Source: an uncultured Chloroflexia bacterium
GTDB lineage: Bacteria > Chloroflexota > Dehalococcoidia > DSTF01 > JALHUB01
Direction: 5' to 3'
NCBI GenBank assembly: GCA_963726245.1
Contig: CAVSBT010000025.1
Span: forward strand, 1-64,000
DNA: 64,000 nucleotides
The notes under the pieces were generated by a model. That model ran no database searches. It saw only the letters and a program-made list of their open reading frames with translations, and had not been told where the DNA came from. Shown in pieces: positions 9,635-19,101 of this stretch (positions within the stretch are counted from its first letter, which is position 1; each line of letters opens with the position of its first letter). The position numbers and the translations under genes were made by a program.

Positions 9635-11392
9635 TCAGGCGGCTTGGGTGTCTTCCTCCACGATCAGGAGGCGGCGGATCACAGTTTCGAAAGCATCGAC
9701 TACCTGGGGATCAAACTGGATGCCGGCGTTGGCCCTGATCTCCCGAAGCGCGTCCTCCGGGGACACGCCTTTGCGGTAGGGACGGTCTGAAGTGATTGCA
9801 TCGTAGGCGTCCACAACGGCGAAGATCCGCGCTTCCAGGGGAATCTTATCCGCAACGAGACCGAAGGGGTAACCGCTGCCGTCGTAGCGCTCGTGGTGGT
9901 AGAGAAGGATGGGCAGGGCTCCTTCCAGGAAGTCAACTTTGGAGACTATGAGGCCGGCCAGGAGGGGGTGCTTCTGCATCGCCTCCCATTCCTTCCTGGT
10001 TAGGCTGTTTGGTTTTCGCAAGATGGAATCGGGAACACCGATCTTCCCTACGTCGTGGAGGAGGGCGCCACGCTCTATGTCCAGCATACGGTTCTCCGGC
10101 AGGCCCATCTCTCGGGCCACGGCCCCCGTCAGGCGAGAGACCCGCTCTGAGTGCCCCTCCGTGGCGGCGTCCTTTGTGTCGAGGGCAGCCATGAGGGCGC
10201 GCAGGGTCGTGTCATAGCTTAGCTCCAGCTCGCTGGCATAGGCACGGACCTTGGAGAAGAGGCCTGCCTGCTCGATGGCCATCGCGGCTTGCTCAGCCAG
10301 CTCCTGTAATGGCTCCAGTTCACCTCGGGAGAAGGCCTGCACGCTGGGGTGACGGACGGCGGCCGCCACACCGATGACGCGGTCCCGGATGCGTATGGGG
10401 ACGGTGGCCACAGCGGCCGGTCCCTCGAAGGCGCGGATGCCGAAGATGGCTCGAAGGGGCCGCTCAGGCAGCCGGGCCGACAGGCCTTCGCCGGTAGCGG
10501 CGACTCGACGAAGGTACGTATCGTCGACCTTGCAGTTGTGGTATCCGATAGAACCCTTCTCGTGATCGTAGGTAGCCTTGAGGACCAGCTCCTGGCTGTC
10601 GCCCTCCAGCAAGCAGACAAAGCCGAACTGGCCCTGCGCCAGGATAGTGGCGTCGCGGGCGGTCTGAGCCGCGACCTCCGACAGGTCCAGAGACGAACGC
10701 AACTGCTGACCCACCCGAAAGAGGTAAACCAAATGCCCGTACTCGCGGCCGATCTTGCTCGTGCATGACCATGCCGCGCCCTGGAGCAGCAACCAGGCGA
10801 GAGCCAGCCCGGCGCCCAACGCCAGGTAGAAGGCCGTCGAGGTCCTCCCTATCAACGCGCCGGTCGCGGCGTAGTCTTGGGCCACCTCTAGCACCGCCCA
10901 AGTGCTGCCGGCCGTCGTTTTCACGGGGGTGTACACGTGCATTACCTGCTCGGGCACCGCAGCCTCCGCGGAGCTTGCGGCGCCGCTCGCCACCACGGGA
11001 ACCGTGTCGCCTTTGAAGGCGCGCTGAAGCTCGTCCTGGCCCAGGAAGCCGGTGCCGGTCTCGCCTTGCTTGGTGGAGAAGACAACGGTACCTTGGCGGC
11101 TCCAGAGACGAACAAGAACCGTCTGATCCGGGACCAGATTGGCGGTGGCTGCATCGAGACGCTGGGAGAGCGCCGCGTTCAGGGGGAGGGAAGCCTCAAC
11201 GCCGCCCAGAGCGACCTCCAGCGGCGGCCGGATTGTGTCGACCGCTGCAGTCGCCGCGCTCTCTCGAATCCTATCACCTATGATGCGCCGGCCCTGAAGA
11301 CCGAAAACCACCCCTACGACTGTGATGATAGCGAAGCTAAAAGCGGCGAACTGAAGGAAGACCTTACCTCTAGAAATGCCAGTCATAAACAC
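9635..11392 (-). CDS. membrane sensor GAF + HD-GYP cyclic-dinucleotide phosphodiesterase
   Basis: Two TM segments flanking an extracytoplasmic domain, GAF, GHSERV, LHDVGK, HHERYDGSGYP, RPYR. Confidence 0.92.
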   Translation of the reverse strand: MFMTGISRGKVFLQFAAFSFAIITVVGVVFGLQGRRIIGDRIRESAATAAVDTIRPPLEVALGGVEASLPLNAALSQRLDAATANLVPDQTVLVRLWSRQGTVVFSTKQGETGTGFLGQDELQRAFKGDTVPVVASGAASSAEAAVPEQVMHVYTPVKTTAGSTWAVLEVAQDYAATGALIGRTSTAFYLALGAGLALAWLLLQGAAWSCTSKIGREYGHLVYLFRVGQQLRSSLDLSEVAAQTARDATILAQGQFGFVCLLEGDSQELVLKATYDHEKGSIGYHNCKVDDTYLRRVAATGEGLSARLPERPLRAIFGIRAFEGPAAVATVPIRIRDRVIGVAAAVRHPSVQAFSRGELEPLQELAEQAAMAIEQAGLFSKVRAYASELELSYDTTLRALMAALDTKDAATEGHSERVSRLTGAVAREMGLPENRMLDIERGALLHDVGKIGVPDSILRKPNSLTRKEWEAMQKHPLLAGLIVSKVDFLEGALPILLYHHERYDGSGYPFGLVADKIPLEARIFAVVDAYDAITSDRPYRKGVSPEDALREIRANAGIQFDPQVVDAFETVIRRLLIVEEDTQAA

Positions 11393-11550
11393 ATCGGGAC
11401 GCTAGCGCCGGATCCATCAATCGTATGAGTATCGGCCTAGACAGGGCGGCGCTTTAAGCCTTGGGTGTGCCCCTGCGAGGCGAGAGGAGCTCCGTGGTAA
11501 GATGGGGGTACCGTATGTACCAGGCCGTGCATTCGCAGAAGGAGCTTCCC

Positions 11551-11754
11551 GTGCAACTGAGCGCTCGCAACCAACTGAAGGGCACCGTCAGCGGCGTGAA
11601 GCTGGGGACGGTCATGGCCGAGGTCGAGATTGAGGTGGGCGGGCAGGCTCTGGTGGCCGCCATCACCCGGGTCTCGGCCGAGAAGCTGGGCCTCAAGCCC
11701 GGCGACCAGGTGACGGCCATCATCAAGGCCACCGAGGTGATCGTCGCCAAGTAG
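11551..11754 (+). CDS. TOBE/Mop molybdate-binding protein
   Basis: AGGAG RBS; SARNQLKG...AIIKATEV. Confidence 0.93.
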   Translation: MQLSARNQLKGTVSGVKLGTVMAEVEIEVGGQALVAAITRVSAEKLGLKPGDQVTAIIKATEVIVAK

Positions 11755-11842
11755 GGCACGCGGCGGGTTTCCCGAATGCTCGCTGGGAGACATGTGTGGA
11801 TTCACATGGTTCGCAAGGGGGACAGACAAGAAGGGGGCTTCC

Positions 11843-11871
11843 TTGACCCTGTCCATCCCCTTTGCTAACCT
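11843..11871 (+). promoter_or_regulatory. sigma70-type promoter
   Basis: TTGACC-N17-TAACCT with TG extended -10. Confidence 0.65.
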
Positions 11872-11888
11872 GCCTAGAGGAGTGCGCC

Positions 11889-12317
11889 ATGAGTGAGTCC
11901 AACTTCTCCGAAGACGGACCCAACGTTTACGAGAGCGGCCGCCGCGCCTTCGTCAACAACATCACGGGCGAGAGAGTCGAGGTGACGCAGAGCGCTGTGC
12001 GCTCGGTCACAGCGGCCCGTGCCGATCTCCACCAGACGGCTGTGCAGCAAGTGGCCGGCGAAAGCGTGACCGTCGAGCAGAGCGCTGTGCTCCAGGTTCG
12101 AGGCAAAGACGTCTCCCTGCGAGAGTGCTCGGCCCTGGCTGCCCTGGGCGGGACCGTGTCGGCGGAGAACTGCCGCACGGTGTTCTTGTGCTCGCCTTCG
12201 GTGAGTGGCAACGTGCAGGCGCTGATTACGCCCCGGACCGCCTTCGCCTTTGGCCTGGGGTTCTTCCTCGGACGACAGGTCATGCGGCTGCCAGGGCGGC
12301 TCCTGAAGCGCCGCTGA
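11889..12317 (+). CDS. hypothetical protein with 15-residue beta-solenoid-like repeats and hydrophobic C-terminus
   Basis: GAGGAG RBS; repeats VEVTQSAVRSVTAAR / ADLHQTAVQQVAGES / VTVEQSAVLQVRGKD. Confidence 0.8.
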   Translation: MSESNFSEDGPNVYESGRRAFVNNITGERVEVTQSAVRSVTAARADLHQTAVQQVAGESVTVEQSAVLQVRGKDVSLRECSALAALGGTVSAENCRTVFLCSPSVSGNVQALITPRTAFAFGLGFFLGRQVMRLPGRLLKRR

Positions 12318-12343
12318 GATTCAAGTAGAGCAGGTGTCCATCG

Positions 12344-13021
12344 ATGGCTGATATTGAGCTTTCCGTTAAGCCTCGCGTAGTCCTGGGGAAAAAGGTGGCG
12401 GCCTTGCGCCGGCAGGGGGTGACGCCGGCCAACGTATACGGCCGCAACCTGGCGTCGACAGCGGTGGAGGTGGAGACCGCGACCCTCATCCACCTGATGC
12501 GCTCAGCGGGCCGCAATGTGATCATCGACCTGCTCATCGAGGGCGAGCGCTCACGGCGGCCCGTGATGCTGCGCGCCGTCCAGCGTGAGCCCGCCACGAG
12601 CAGGCTTCTCCACGTCGACTTCTACCAGGTCTCGATGACCGAGAAGATGCGGACCGAGGTGCCTCTGATCCTTGTCGGCGTGGCGCCGGCAGTGGCCGAA
12701 TTCGATGGCATCCTTCTGCAGAGCCTCGACACCATCACAGTGGAGGCGTTGCCCGGCGATATCCCTGCCCATGTGGAGGTGGATGTCAGCGCGCTCGTGC
12801 GGCTTGACGATGCCGTGCACGTGCGCGAACTACCCATCGATCTCACCAAGGTGCACGTGATGACCGACGCTGAGCAGGTAGTGGCCAAGGTCGCGCCGCC
12901 ACGCCTGATAGCTGTGGAGGAAGAGGAAGCGGCGGCGGCCGAGGCAGTTGCGGAGGGCGCGCCGGCGGCGGAGGAAGAAGCCGCCGAGGAGAAAGAGGAA
13001 GAGGCCGCTCAGGAGAGTTAG
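12344..13021 (+). CDS. rplY: 50S ribosomal protein L25/Ctc
   Basis: GKKV..LRRQGVTPANVYG, LLHVDFYQV, acidic tail. Confidence 0.96.
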   Translation: MADIELSVKPRVVLGKKVAALRRQGVTPANVYGRNLASTAVEVETATLIHLMRSAGRNVIIDLLIEGERSRRPVMLRAVQREPATSRLLHVDFYQVSMTEKMRTEVPLILVGVAPAVAEFDGILLQSLDTITVEALPGDIPAHVEVDVSALVRLDDAVHVRELPIDLTKVHVMTDAEQVVAKVAPPRLIAVEEEEAAAAEAVAEGAPAAEEEAAEEKEEEAAQES

Positions 13022-13058
13022 CACCGGTCCTGCTCACATCGACAGCATCGGATCGAAG

Positions 13059-13085
13059 CGAGGCGCCCGACGATCGGGCGCCTCG
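13059..13085. terminator. hairpin between convergent rplY and fmt
   Basis: Perfect 12-bp stem CGAGGCGCCCGA/TCGGGCGCCTCG. Confidence 0.65.
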
Positions 13086-13106
13086 TCGTGTGTCCAAGAG
13101 GCGCGG

Positions 13107-14087
13107 CTACCCGAGGCGCTTTCCCATCAGGTGCCGTTGGCCGCGCAGGAAGTCAGCGGCGGGAAGCGGGCGGCGGCCCGCTAGTTGCAGGCGCATGACC
13201 GCCAGCAGTCCCCGTCCGGTGACGACGGCGAACCCTGCCTGCCGGATGGGCAGGCCCGCCTCGTCCGGGGCGCCTGCGCCCGGCGGGCAGGGGACGACGG
13301 TCCCGGCCGGCAGCGCCTCGTCGCTGGCGGGCAGAGGCCAGGTGTCGAGCAGGCGCAGAGGCTGGCCGTCGAGGTAGGTGAAGGCGCCCGGCCAGGGCGT
13401 GAAGGCGCGCAACCGCCGCCAGATGTCTTCGGCCGGGAGTCCCCAGTCCACGCGCCCGTCCTCCTTGCGAAGGGTCGGTGCGTAGGTGACTTTCGATTCG
13501 TCCTGCGGTGTGGGCGTTAGGCTCCCCTCCAGCCAGGCGGGCAGGACTTCCAACAAGAGGTCCGCCCCTTCCTTTGCCAGCCTCTCTGTCAGGTTGCCGG
13601 TCGTATCGTGTGGCGAAATGGGCACCGGGCGCTGGGCGAGGATAGGCCCCGCATCCAGCGCAAGCTCCGTCTGCATGATGGTGACGCCCGTCTCCTCGTC
13701 GCCCGCCAGGATGGCCGCCGCCACCGGCGCGGCGCCTCGATGGAGGGGCAGCAGCGAGGCGTGGACGTTGACAACGCCCCGCAGTGGCACGTCGAGCACC
13801 GGCTGCTTGAGGATCTGACCGTAGGCGGCGATGACGATGAGGTCGGGGGCCAGCACCGCCAGCTCTGACACGACTTCAGGAGCGCTCACCCTGTCCGGCT
13901 GGTAGACGGCCACCCCATGAGCCAGGGCGAGCTGCTTGGCAGGGGGCGCCTGCAGGGCGCGTCCGCGGCCGGCCGGGCGGTCGGGCTGGGTGTAGACGGC
14001 GACGACTTCGTGCTCGCTCTCGACGAGACGGCGTAGCGTGGGGAGGGCGAAGTCGGGCGAGCCCATGAAGACGATGCGAGCGGTCAT
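13107..14087 (-). CDS. fmt: methionyl-tRNA formyltransferase
   Basis: FMGSPDFA, TQPDRPAGRG, NVHASLLP..RGAAP, PWPGA. Confidence 0.96.
   Translation of the reverse strand: MTARIVFMGSPDFALPTLRRLVESEHEVVAVYTQPDRPAGRGRALQAPPAKQLALAHGVAVYQPDRVSAPEVVSELAVLAPDLIVIAAYGQILKQPVLDVPLRGVVNVHASLLPLHRGAAPVAAAILAGDEETGVTIMQTELALDAGPILAQRPVPISPHDTTGNLTERLAKEGADLLLEVLPAWLEGSLTPTPQDESKVTYAPTLRKEDGRVDWGLPAEDIWRRLRAFTPWPGAFTYLDGQPLRLLDTWPLPASDEALPAGTVVPCPPGAGAPDEAGLPIRQAGFAVVTGRGLLAVMRLQLAGRRPLPAADFLRGQRHLMGKRLG
13234..13254. repeat. CCTGCC..GGCAGG palindrome inside fmt
   Basis: CCTGCCTGCCGGATGGGCAGG, 21 nt; intergenic-type relatives at 14262 and 56748. Confidence 0.75.
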
Positions 14088-14129
14088 GCCAGGAGTGATT
14101 CTAGCACGTCACGAGATGGGAGGCCCCCT

Positions 14130-14207
14130 GGGAGCAACGGAACAGTGGGACAGTTGAAGTTGCCCTGGGGCCGCACTGCTCCAAAGGTCCATTGTTCCAA
14201 TGTTCCA
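14130..14207. repeat. octamer tandem repeat hairpin
   Basis: GGAGCAAC GGAACAGT GGGACAGT ... ACTGCTCC AAAGGTCC ATTGTTCC AATGTTCC. Confidence 0.75.
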
Positions 14208-14261
14208 GTCACCTGGCCTCTTGCCACGCGGCGGCCGCACGCCTATCCTAGGCGCGGCGGG

Positions 14262-14282
14262 CCTGCCTGCCGGACAGGCAGG
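14262..14282. repeat. CCTGCC..GGCAGG palindrome
   Basis: CCTGCCTGCCGGACAGGCAGG. Confidence 0.8.
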
Positions 14283-14825
14283 TGGGGGAAAGGAGCTGTC
14301 CCTTGAGGCTGGGTGTTCTTCTGGCCGCGGGCCTACTCCTGGCTGTCGTGATGGTTTCCTGTGGGAAGGCGGAGGCGCCGTCTCCCACCGGCCACGCCCA
14401 CCCCTCAGCTCACCCCTGCGCCAGCGCCCACAGCAACGCCGGCACAGCCGTCGCCGACGCCGGCGGGCACCGCGGTTCCCAACGTCTGCCAGCCCAACCC
14501 CAGCCCCGTCAACCCAGCCGACCCCAACATCATCGTGCGATCGCCGGTGCCGGGGCAGATCGCGAGCAGTCCCCTCGTCATTAGCGGCCAGGCGCGCGTC
14601 TTCGAGGCCCAGTTCAACGTTACCCTCTATGACGAGCTTGGCGGCGTCATCGCCGAGACGACAGGGATGTCGGAAGAGGGCCAGGTGCTCTCCCCGTTCC
14701 ACGTGGAGCTGACGTTCGCCGTTAGCCGTGAGCAGTCCGCCTGCCTCTGGGTCTACGACCTCAGCGCGAAGGACGGCAGCCGCATGGACGTGGTGCAGGT
14801 GCCGGTAGTCCTGTCCCCGCCTTAG
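14282..14825 (+). CDS. lipoprotein with Gmad2-like Ig domain (frameshifted)
   Basis: VSC lipobox, PT-rich linker, NIIVRSP.PG...SPLVISGQARVFEA, SAKDG. Confidence 0.8.
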
Positions 14826-15658
14826 CCGGCCCGTTCTCTGACCAGTACCGCGTCGCCGACGTCTACTCCCAGCCGCTCGACGGCGCTCCCCTCCCGACAG
14901 GCCAGCTCCAGGTAGCCGGCGCTGCCCACCAGGGCCTTCAGATCAGGCTCTCCCTCGTACGTGCGGGCCAGTCCCTCGATGCGCTGCCCGCCGATGGTGA
15001 CTTCAACCCGGCCCGTTTGCAGGTCCTCGCCACGCACGTCCGTCACCACGTTCCCAAAGCGGTCGACGTGCATGACGCGCCCTTCGAGGGCTCCGTCGGA
15101 GCGGCGAGCGGCTCGGAAGGGCGGCAGCGCCTGGATCTTCTTCGCGGCGGGGCCCAGCGCATCGAACTCTACCCCCAGCGAGAGGTGGGCAGCGGCCGGC
15201 GCGAAGATGTCGCGGCCGTGGAACGTCGCGCTCACCGGCCTCCGCGTGTAGCGCCCTGGCCTGAGGGCGACAGCGCGATAGCCTTCCGGCAGGTGCACGC
15301 TCCTGGAATCAGGCCCGGGAAGCGCCTGACGCCGGGTCTCCTCGGGCAGGGCAGCCGAGAGAACGCCGTTGTCCGGTCCGACCAGGAACATCTCCGGCGT
15401 GGCCAGGGCCAGCGCCCGCCGCGCCGTTCCGACCGCGGGGTCCACGACGACCACGTGGATTGTGGCTGGCGGGAAGTGAGGGAGGGCTTGGGCCAGGAGG
15501 AAGGCGGCCTGCGCCACCTGCTGGGGCCTCATCTGGTGGGTGATGTCCACGATGGTGGCGGCCGGGTTCAGGGAGAGGATGACGCCCTTCATGATGGCCA
15601 CGTAGGGGTCGGCCAGACCGAAGTCGGTGGTGAGGGTGATGACGGGTGAGCGGTTCAC
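14822..15658 (-). CDS. SAM-dependent hydrolase/halogenase family (DUF62)
   Basis: ITLTTDFG..DPYV, VVDPAVGT.R, GPDNG, ATFHGRDIFAP, DRFGN. Confidence 0.93.
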   Translation of the reverse strand: MNRSPVITLTTDFGLADPYVAIMKGVILSLNPAATIVDITHQMRPQQVAQAAFLLAQALPHFPPATIHVVVVDPAVGTARRALALATPEMFLVGPDNGVLSAALPEETRRQALPGPDSRSVHLPEGYRAVALRPGRYTRRPVSATFHGRDIFAPAAAHLSLGVEFDALGPAAKKIQALPPFRAARRSDGALEGRVMHVDRFGNVVTDVRGEDLQTGRVEVTIGGQRIEGLARTYEGEPDLKALVGSAGYLELACREGSAVERLGVDVGDAVLVRERAG

Positions 15659-15729
15659 GGAGTTACGCGCTATCGGCGGGCGGCGACGCCAAGAAGCCGC
15701 CTCCTGCGAAGGCCGCCCTCGCCGGGGCC

Positions 15730-15954
15730 TCAGGTGCCGGTAACGCTCCAGGCGGACATTGCGAGGAAGACGATGACGAGGACGATGGTGAGCTGGAACA
15801 GGGTCTTCTCGGTGCCACGGCGGGTTCGAAAGAAGGTGGAGCTACCACCCAGGGCACCGCCGAATCCCGAACCTCGCGCCTGGAGCACGATCACCAGGAT
15901 GAGGGCGGATGAGACGAGAATCTCGGCCACGTTGAGGTAGTTGGCAAAAGACAC
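15730..15954 (-). CDS. secG: preprotein translocase subunit SecG
   Basis: LQARGSGFGG, RTRRGTEKTLF, two TM helices. Confidence 0.93.
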   Translation of the reverse strand: MSFANYLNVAEILVSSALILVIVLQARGSGFGGALGGSSTFFRTRRGTEKTLFQLTIVLVIVFLAMSAWSVTGT

Positions 15955-15967
15955 CGGCTAAACTCTC

Positions 15968-17302
15968 CTACATCTTCACAGCGATGGCGTTTTCCGCCTG
16001 CGGCTCCTCTACCATGACCTCTGTCTCAGGCCGCTGGTAGTAGAGGCGGATCAGAGCGTCGGCGAGCTTCTTTGGGTCGTGGTGGTAGCGGTTCTCGACG
16101 CTCACCACGTCGGCGGTGAGCACGCGGGCACCGTCCAGGGCAAGGTCGTCGTCGACCCGCACCGGCTCGGAGTTCCAGGCGTCCGGCAAAGGCTCCCGAA
16201 CGTTGCTGTTGGCAACCACGTAGTCGAAGAGGTTGCGGCCGGTATGTCTGGTCAGAGCGCGGAAGTGGTCGCTCACGGTGAATGAGTCTGTCTCACCGTG
16301 CTGCGTCGCCACGTTGCAAACGTAGACCTTGAGGGCGGAGGAAACGGTGATGGCCTGTCGGATGCCGTCCACCAGCAGGTTCGGCAGGACACTGGTGAAG
16401 AGGCTTCCCGGCCCCACAACGACGAGGTCGGCGTTCAGGATAGCGCGGATAACCTCTGGGTTGGCCTGGACGCCGCCAGGCTGAAGGTATACTTCAAGGA
16501 TGCCGCCGCCGCGTTCGGTGATTTTGGACTCGCCGTGGATGGTCTCCTCGTCATCGGTGCGAGCGGACAAGGTGACGTTCGCCAGAGTCGAGGGCAGGAT
16601 CTGGCCCCGCACGGCGAGCACGCGGCTGGTGGTACGCACCGCTTCCTCGAAGCTGCCGGTGACGCCGGACATGGCTACGATGAAGAGATTGCCGAAGCTG
16701 TGCCCCTCCAGGCCGGAGCCCTCGCTAAAGCGGTACTGGAAGAGGCTGGTCATCAGAGGCTCGGCGTCCGCCATAGCGGCGATGCAGTTCCGCACGTCGC
16801 CGGGAGGCAGGACCCCCAGCTCGCGGCGCAGGCGCCCGGAACTGCCGCCGTCGTCGGCCACCGTCACCACCGCCGTCAGGTTCGCGGTGTGCTCCTTGAG
16901 GCCGCGGAGGAGGGTGGAAAGGCCGGTGCCGCCGCCGATGGCCACGATTCGCGGACCGCGGCTCAGGTAGCGATAGTTGTAGATGATGTTCACCAGGCTC
17001 TCCTCTCGCCCCGGCCGGATGAAGGCCGAAAGGAGGGAGCTATTGAGCTTCCAGACGGAAAAGAGCATGAGCCCCATGCTGCCGCCGATGAACAGGGCGC
17101 CCCTGGCATAGCGAGGCAGGAACTGGAGAGTCACGTAATAGACGAATCCAGGGAATGTGTAAGAGACGTAGACCTCCCGTAGCATGTAGGAGAGGCCGAG
17201 ACCCATGATCGCGACGCCCAGCAGCAGCAGAACCAGCCACCGCTTGATGTGCATTCCGAAGTAGAGCCACTTTATGAAATCAGGGTCTCTTAGGGCACGC
17301 AT
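15968..17302 (-). CDS. YvcK/GlmR (CofD-like) family protein with N-terminal membrane domain
   Basis: GGGTGL, VADDGGSSG, PPGD.RNC, GHSFGNL, GPGSLFTS. Confidence 0.93.
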   Translation of the reverse strand: MRALRDPDFIKWLYFGMHIKRWLVLLLLGVAIMGLGLSYMLREVYVSYTFPGFVYYVTLQFLPRYARGALFIGGSMGLMLFSVWKLNSSLLSAFIRPGREESLVNIIYNYRYLSRGPRIVAIGGGTGLSTLLRGLKEHTANLTAVVTVADDGGSSGRLRRELGVLPPGDVRNCIAAMADAEPLMTSLFQYRFSEGSGLEGHSFGNLFIVAMSGVTGSFEEAVRTTSRVLAVRGQILPSTLANVTLSARTDDEETIHGESKITERGGGILEVYLQPGGVQANPEVIRAILNADLVVVGPGSLFTSVLPNLLVDGIRQAITVSSALKVYVCNVATQHGETDSFTVSDHFRALTRHTGRNLFDYVVANSNVREPLPDAWNSEPVRVDDDLALDGARVLTADVVSVENRYHHDPKKLADALIRLYYQRPETEVMVEEPQAENAIAVKM

Positions 17303-17368
17303 TTGGCTGGATTATACCACCGGCTCTGAAAAAGGGAATACCGCTTACCGCTCTAAGCAATTCCCTGC

Positions 17369-18856
17369 TTATCTGTCCAGGTGCTCGCGCAGGAGCTGCT
17401 GCACAACCCCGGCACCGGCTCGGCCGCGCGTCTCGCGCATGACCTGGCCTACCAGGAACTTGACGGCCTCCTGTTTGCCGCTGTGGTAATCGGCCACGGC
17501 CTTGGGGTTCTCTGCCAGCACCTTCTCGACGACGGCCGTAATCTCGCCGGCGGCGCTCATCTGGGTGAGGCCCCGCTCCTCGACCACCTGGCGGGGCCCC
17601 CTGCCTGTTGCGAACATCTCCTCGAAGACGGCTTTGGCGGCTGTGCCGGTGATCGTGCCGTCCTCTATTAAGCCGATCATATCATACAACTGTTCCGGAA
17701 GGACTCTTGCCTCTGCGATGTCGGTCTCCGAGGCGTTCAGGAGACGGGCGAGGTCGCCCAGCATCCAGTTGGCCACAGCCTTGGCCCGTTGATGCAGGAC
17801 GGCCTTCTCCTCCTCCTTTGCGGGCGCCAGGCAGGCCTCGAAGTAGTCGGCGCGCTCACGAGTCTCCGTCAGCAGGCCGGCCTCATACGGCGCAAGCCCG
17901 TACTGCTCGATGAAGCGGTCGCGTCTGGCATCGGGCAGCTCAGGCAGTTGGGCGCGGATGCTCTCCACCTGCTCCCGGCTGAAGGTCATGACCGGCAGGT
18001 CGGGCTCGGGGAAATAGCGGTAGTCGTGGGCGTATTCTTTACTGCGCTGGGAGACCGTCTGCCCCAGGTCCTCACGCCAGCCGCGCGTCTCCTGGATCAC
18101 GCGCCCTCCCGACTCCAGGACCTCGGTCTGGCGAGCCACCTCGTACTCCAGGGCGCGGTAGACGGCCCGGAAGCTGTTGATGTTCTTCAGCTCCACCTTG
18201 GTACCGAACTTGTCGCTGCCGGCGGGCATGAGGCTGATGTTGGGCTCGCAGCGGAAGCTGCCCTCCTCCATGTCGGCGGTGCTGACGCCGATGTAGCGCA
18301 GGATCTGCCGCAGCTTGGTGGCGTACTGGCGTGCCTCCTCTGACGAACGGATGTCGGGCTCGGACACGATCTCCATGAGAGGGGTACCAGCGCGGTTGAC
18401 GTCCACCAGGCTGTAGGCCTGGCCCGCCTCGTCGATACGGTGGACGAGGCGCGCGGTGTCCTCCTCCAGGTGGACGCGGGTGATGCCGATTCGCCGGCGT
18501 TCGCCGTCGACCTCGATCTCCAGCCAGCCGTCGCGAGAGAGGGGCATGTCATACTGGGAGATCTGGTAGCCTTTCATGAGGTCCGGGTAGGGGTAGTTCT
18601 TGCGGTCGAACTTGGAGTGCTCGGGGATGGTGCAGTTTAGGGCCAGGGCGGTCATGATCGTGTACTCGACGGCCTGCCGGTTGATGACGGGGAGGACGCC
18701 GGGCATGCCCAGGCAGACGGGACAGACGTGGCTGTTGGATGGAGTGGAGGCGTAGTCAGCGCTGCAGCGGCAGAACATCTTGCTGCGGGTGCTGAGCTGC
18801 GCGTGCACCTCCACGCCGATGATTATCTCGTATTTTGAGGCGACTGTGGTGGTCAT
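17369..18856 (-). CDS. gatB: Asp/Glu-tRNA amidotransferase subunit B
   Basis: [40 protein letters not shown]. Confidence 0.97.
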   Translation of the reverse strand: MTTTVASKYEIIIGVEVHAQLSTRSKMFCRCSADYASTPSNSHVCPVCLGMPGVLPVINRQAVEYTIMTALALNCTIPEHSKFDRKNYPYPDLMKGYQISQYDMPLSRDGWLEIEVDGERRRIGITRVHLEEDTARLVHRIDEAGQAYSLVDVNRAGTPLMEIVSEPDIRSSEEARQYATKLRQILRYIGVSTADMEEGSFRCEPNISLMPAGSDKFGTKVELKNINSFRAVYRALEYEVARQTEVLESGGRVIQETRGWREDLGQTVSQRSKEYAHDYRYFPEPDLPVMTFSREQVESIRAQLPELPDARRDRFIEQYGLAPYEAGLLTETRERADYFEACLAPAKEEEKAVLHQRAKAVANWMLGDLARLLNASETDIAEARVLPEQLYDMIGLIEDGTITGTAAKAVFEEMFATGRGPRQVVEERGLTQMSAAGEITAVVEKVLAENPKAVADYHSGKQEAVKFLVGQVMRETRGRAGAGVVQQLLREHLDR

Positions 18857-19101
18857 GAGTGGAGTCTAGTATAGCAACCGCCCCTGGGATCGGCAAACGA
18901 AGGTGGCCAACGGGTCGCGTGCCGAGAAGCCGTTAGCTGCCAGCACCGAAGGCTAGGCCCGGGCCTGGCCTTCGGCGCGTCTGCCGACTCGATACGCAAG
19001 CGCAGCGCCGACTGTTCGCGGCATCGCCGTCACTTTGAGTAGAATGGCTAGGAAACGGCAGGCATGAAGACGCCTCTTCGCGAGAGAAGGAAAGCAGGCC
19101 C

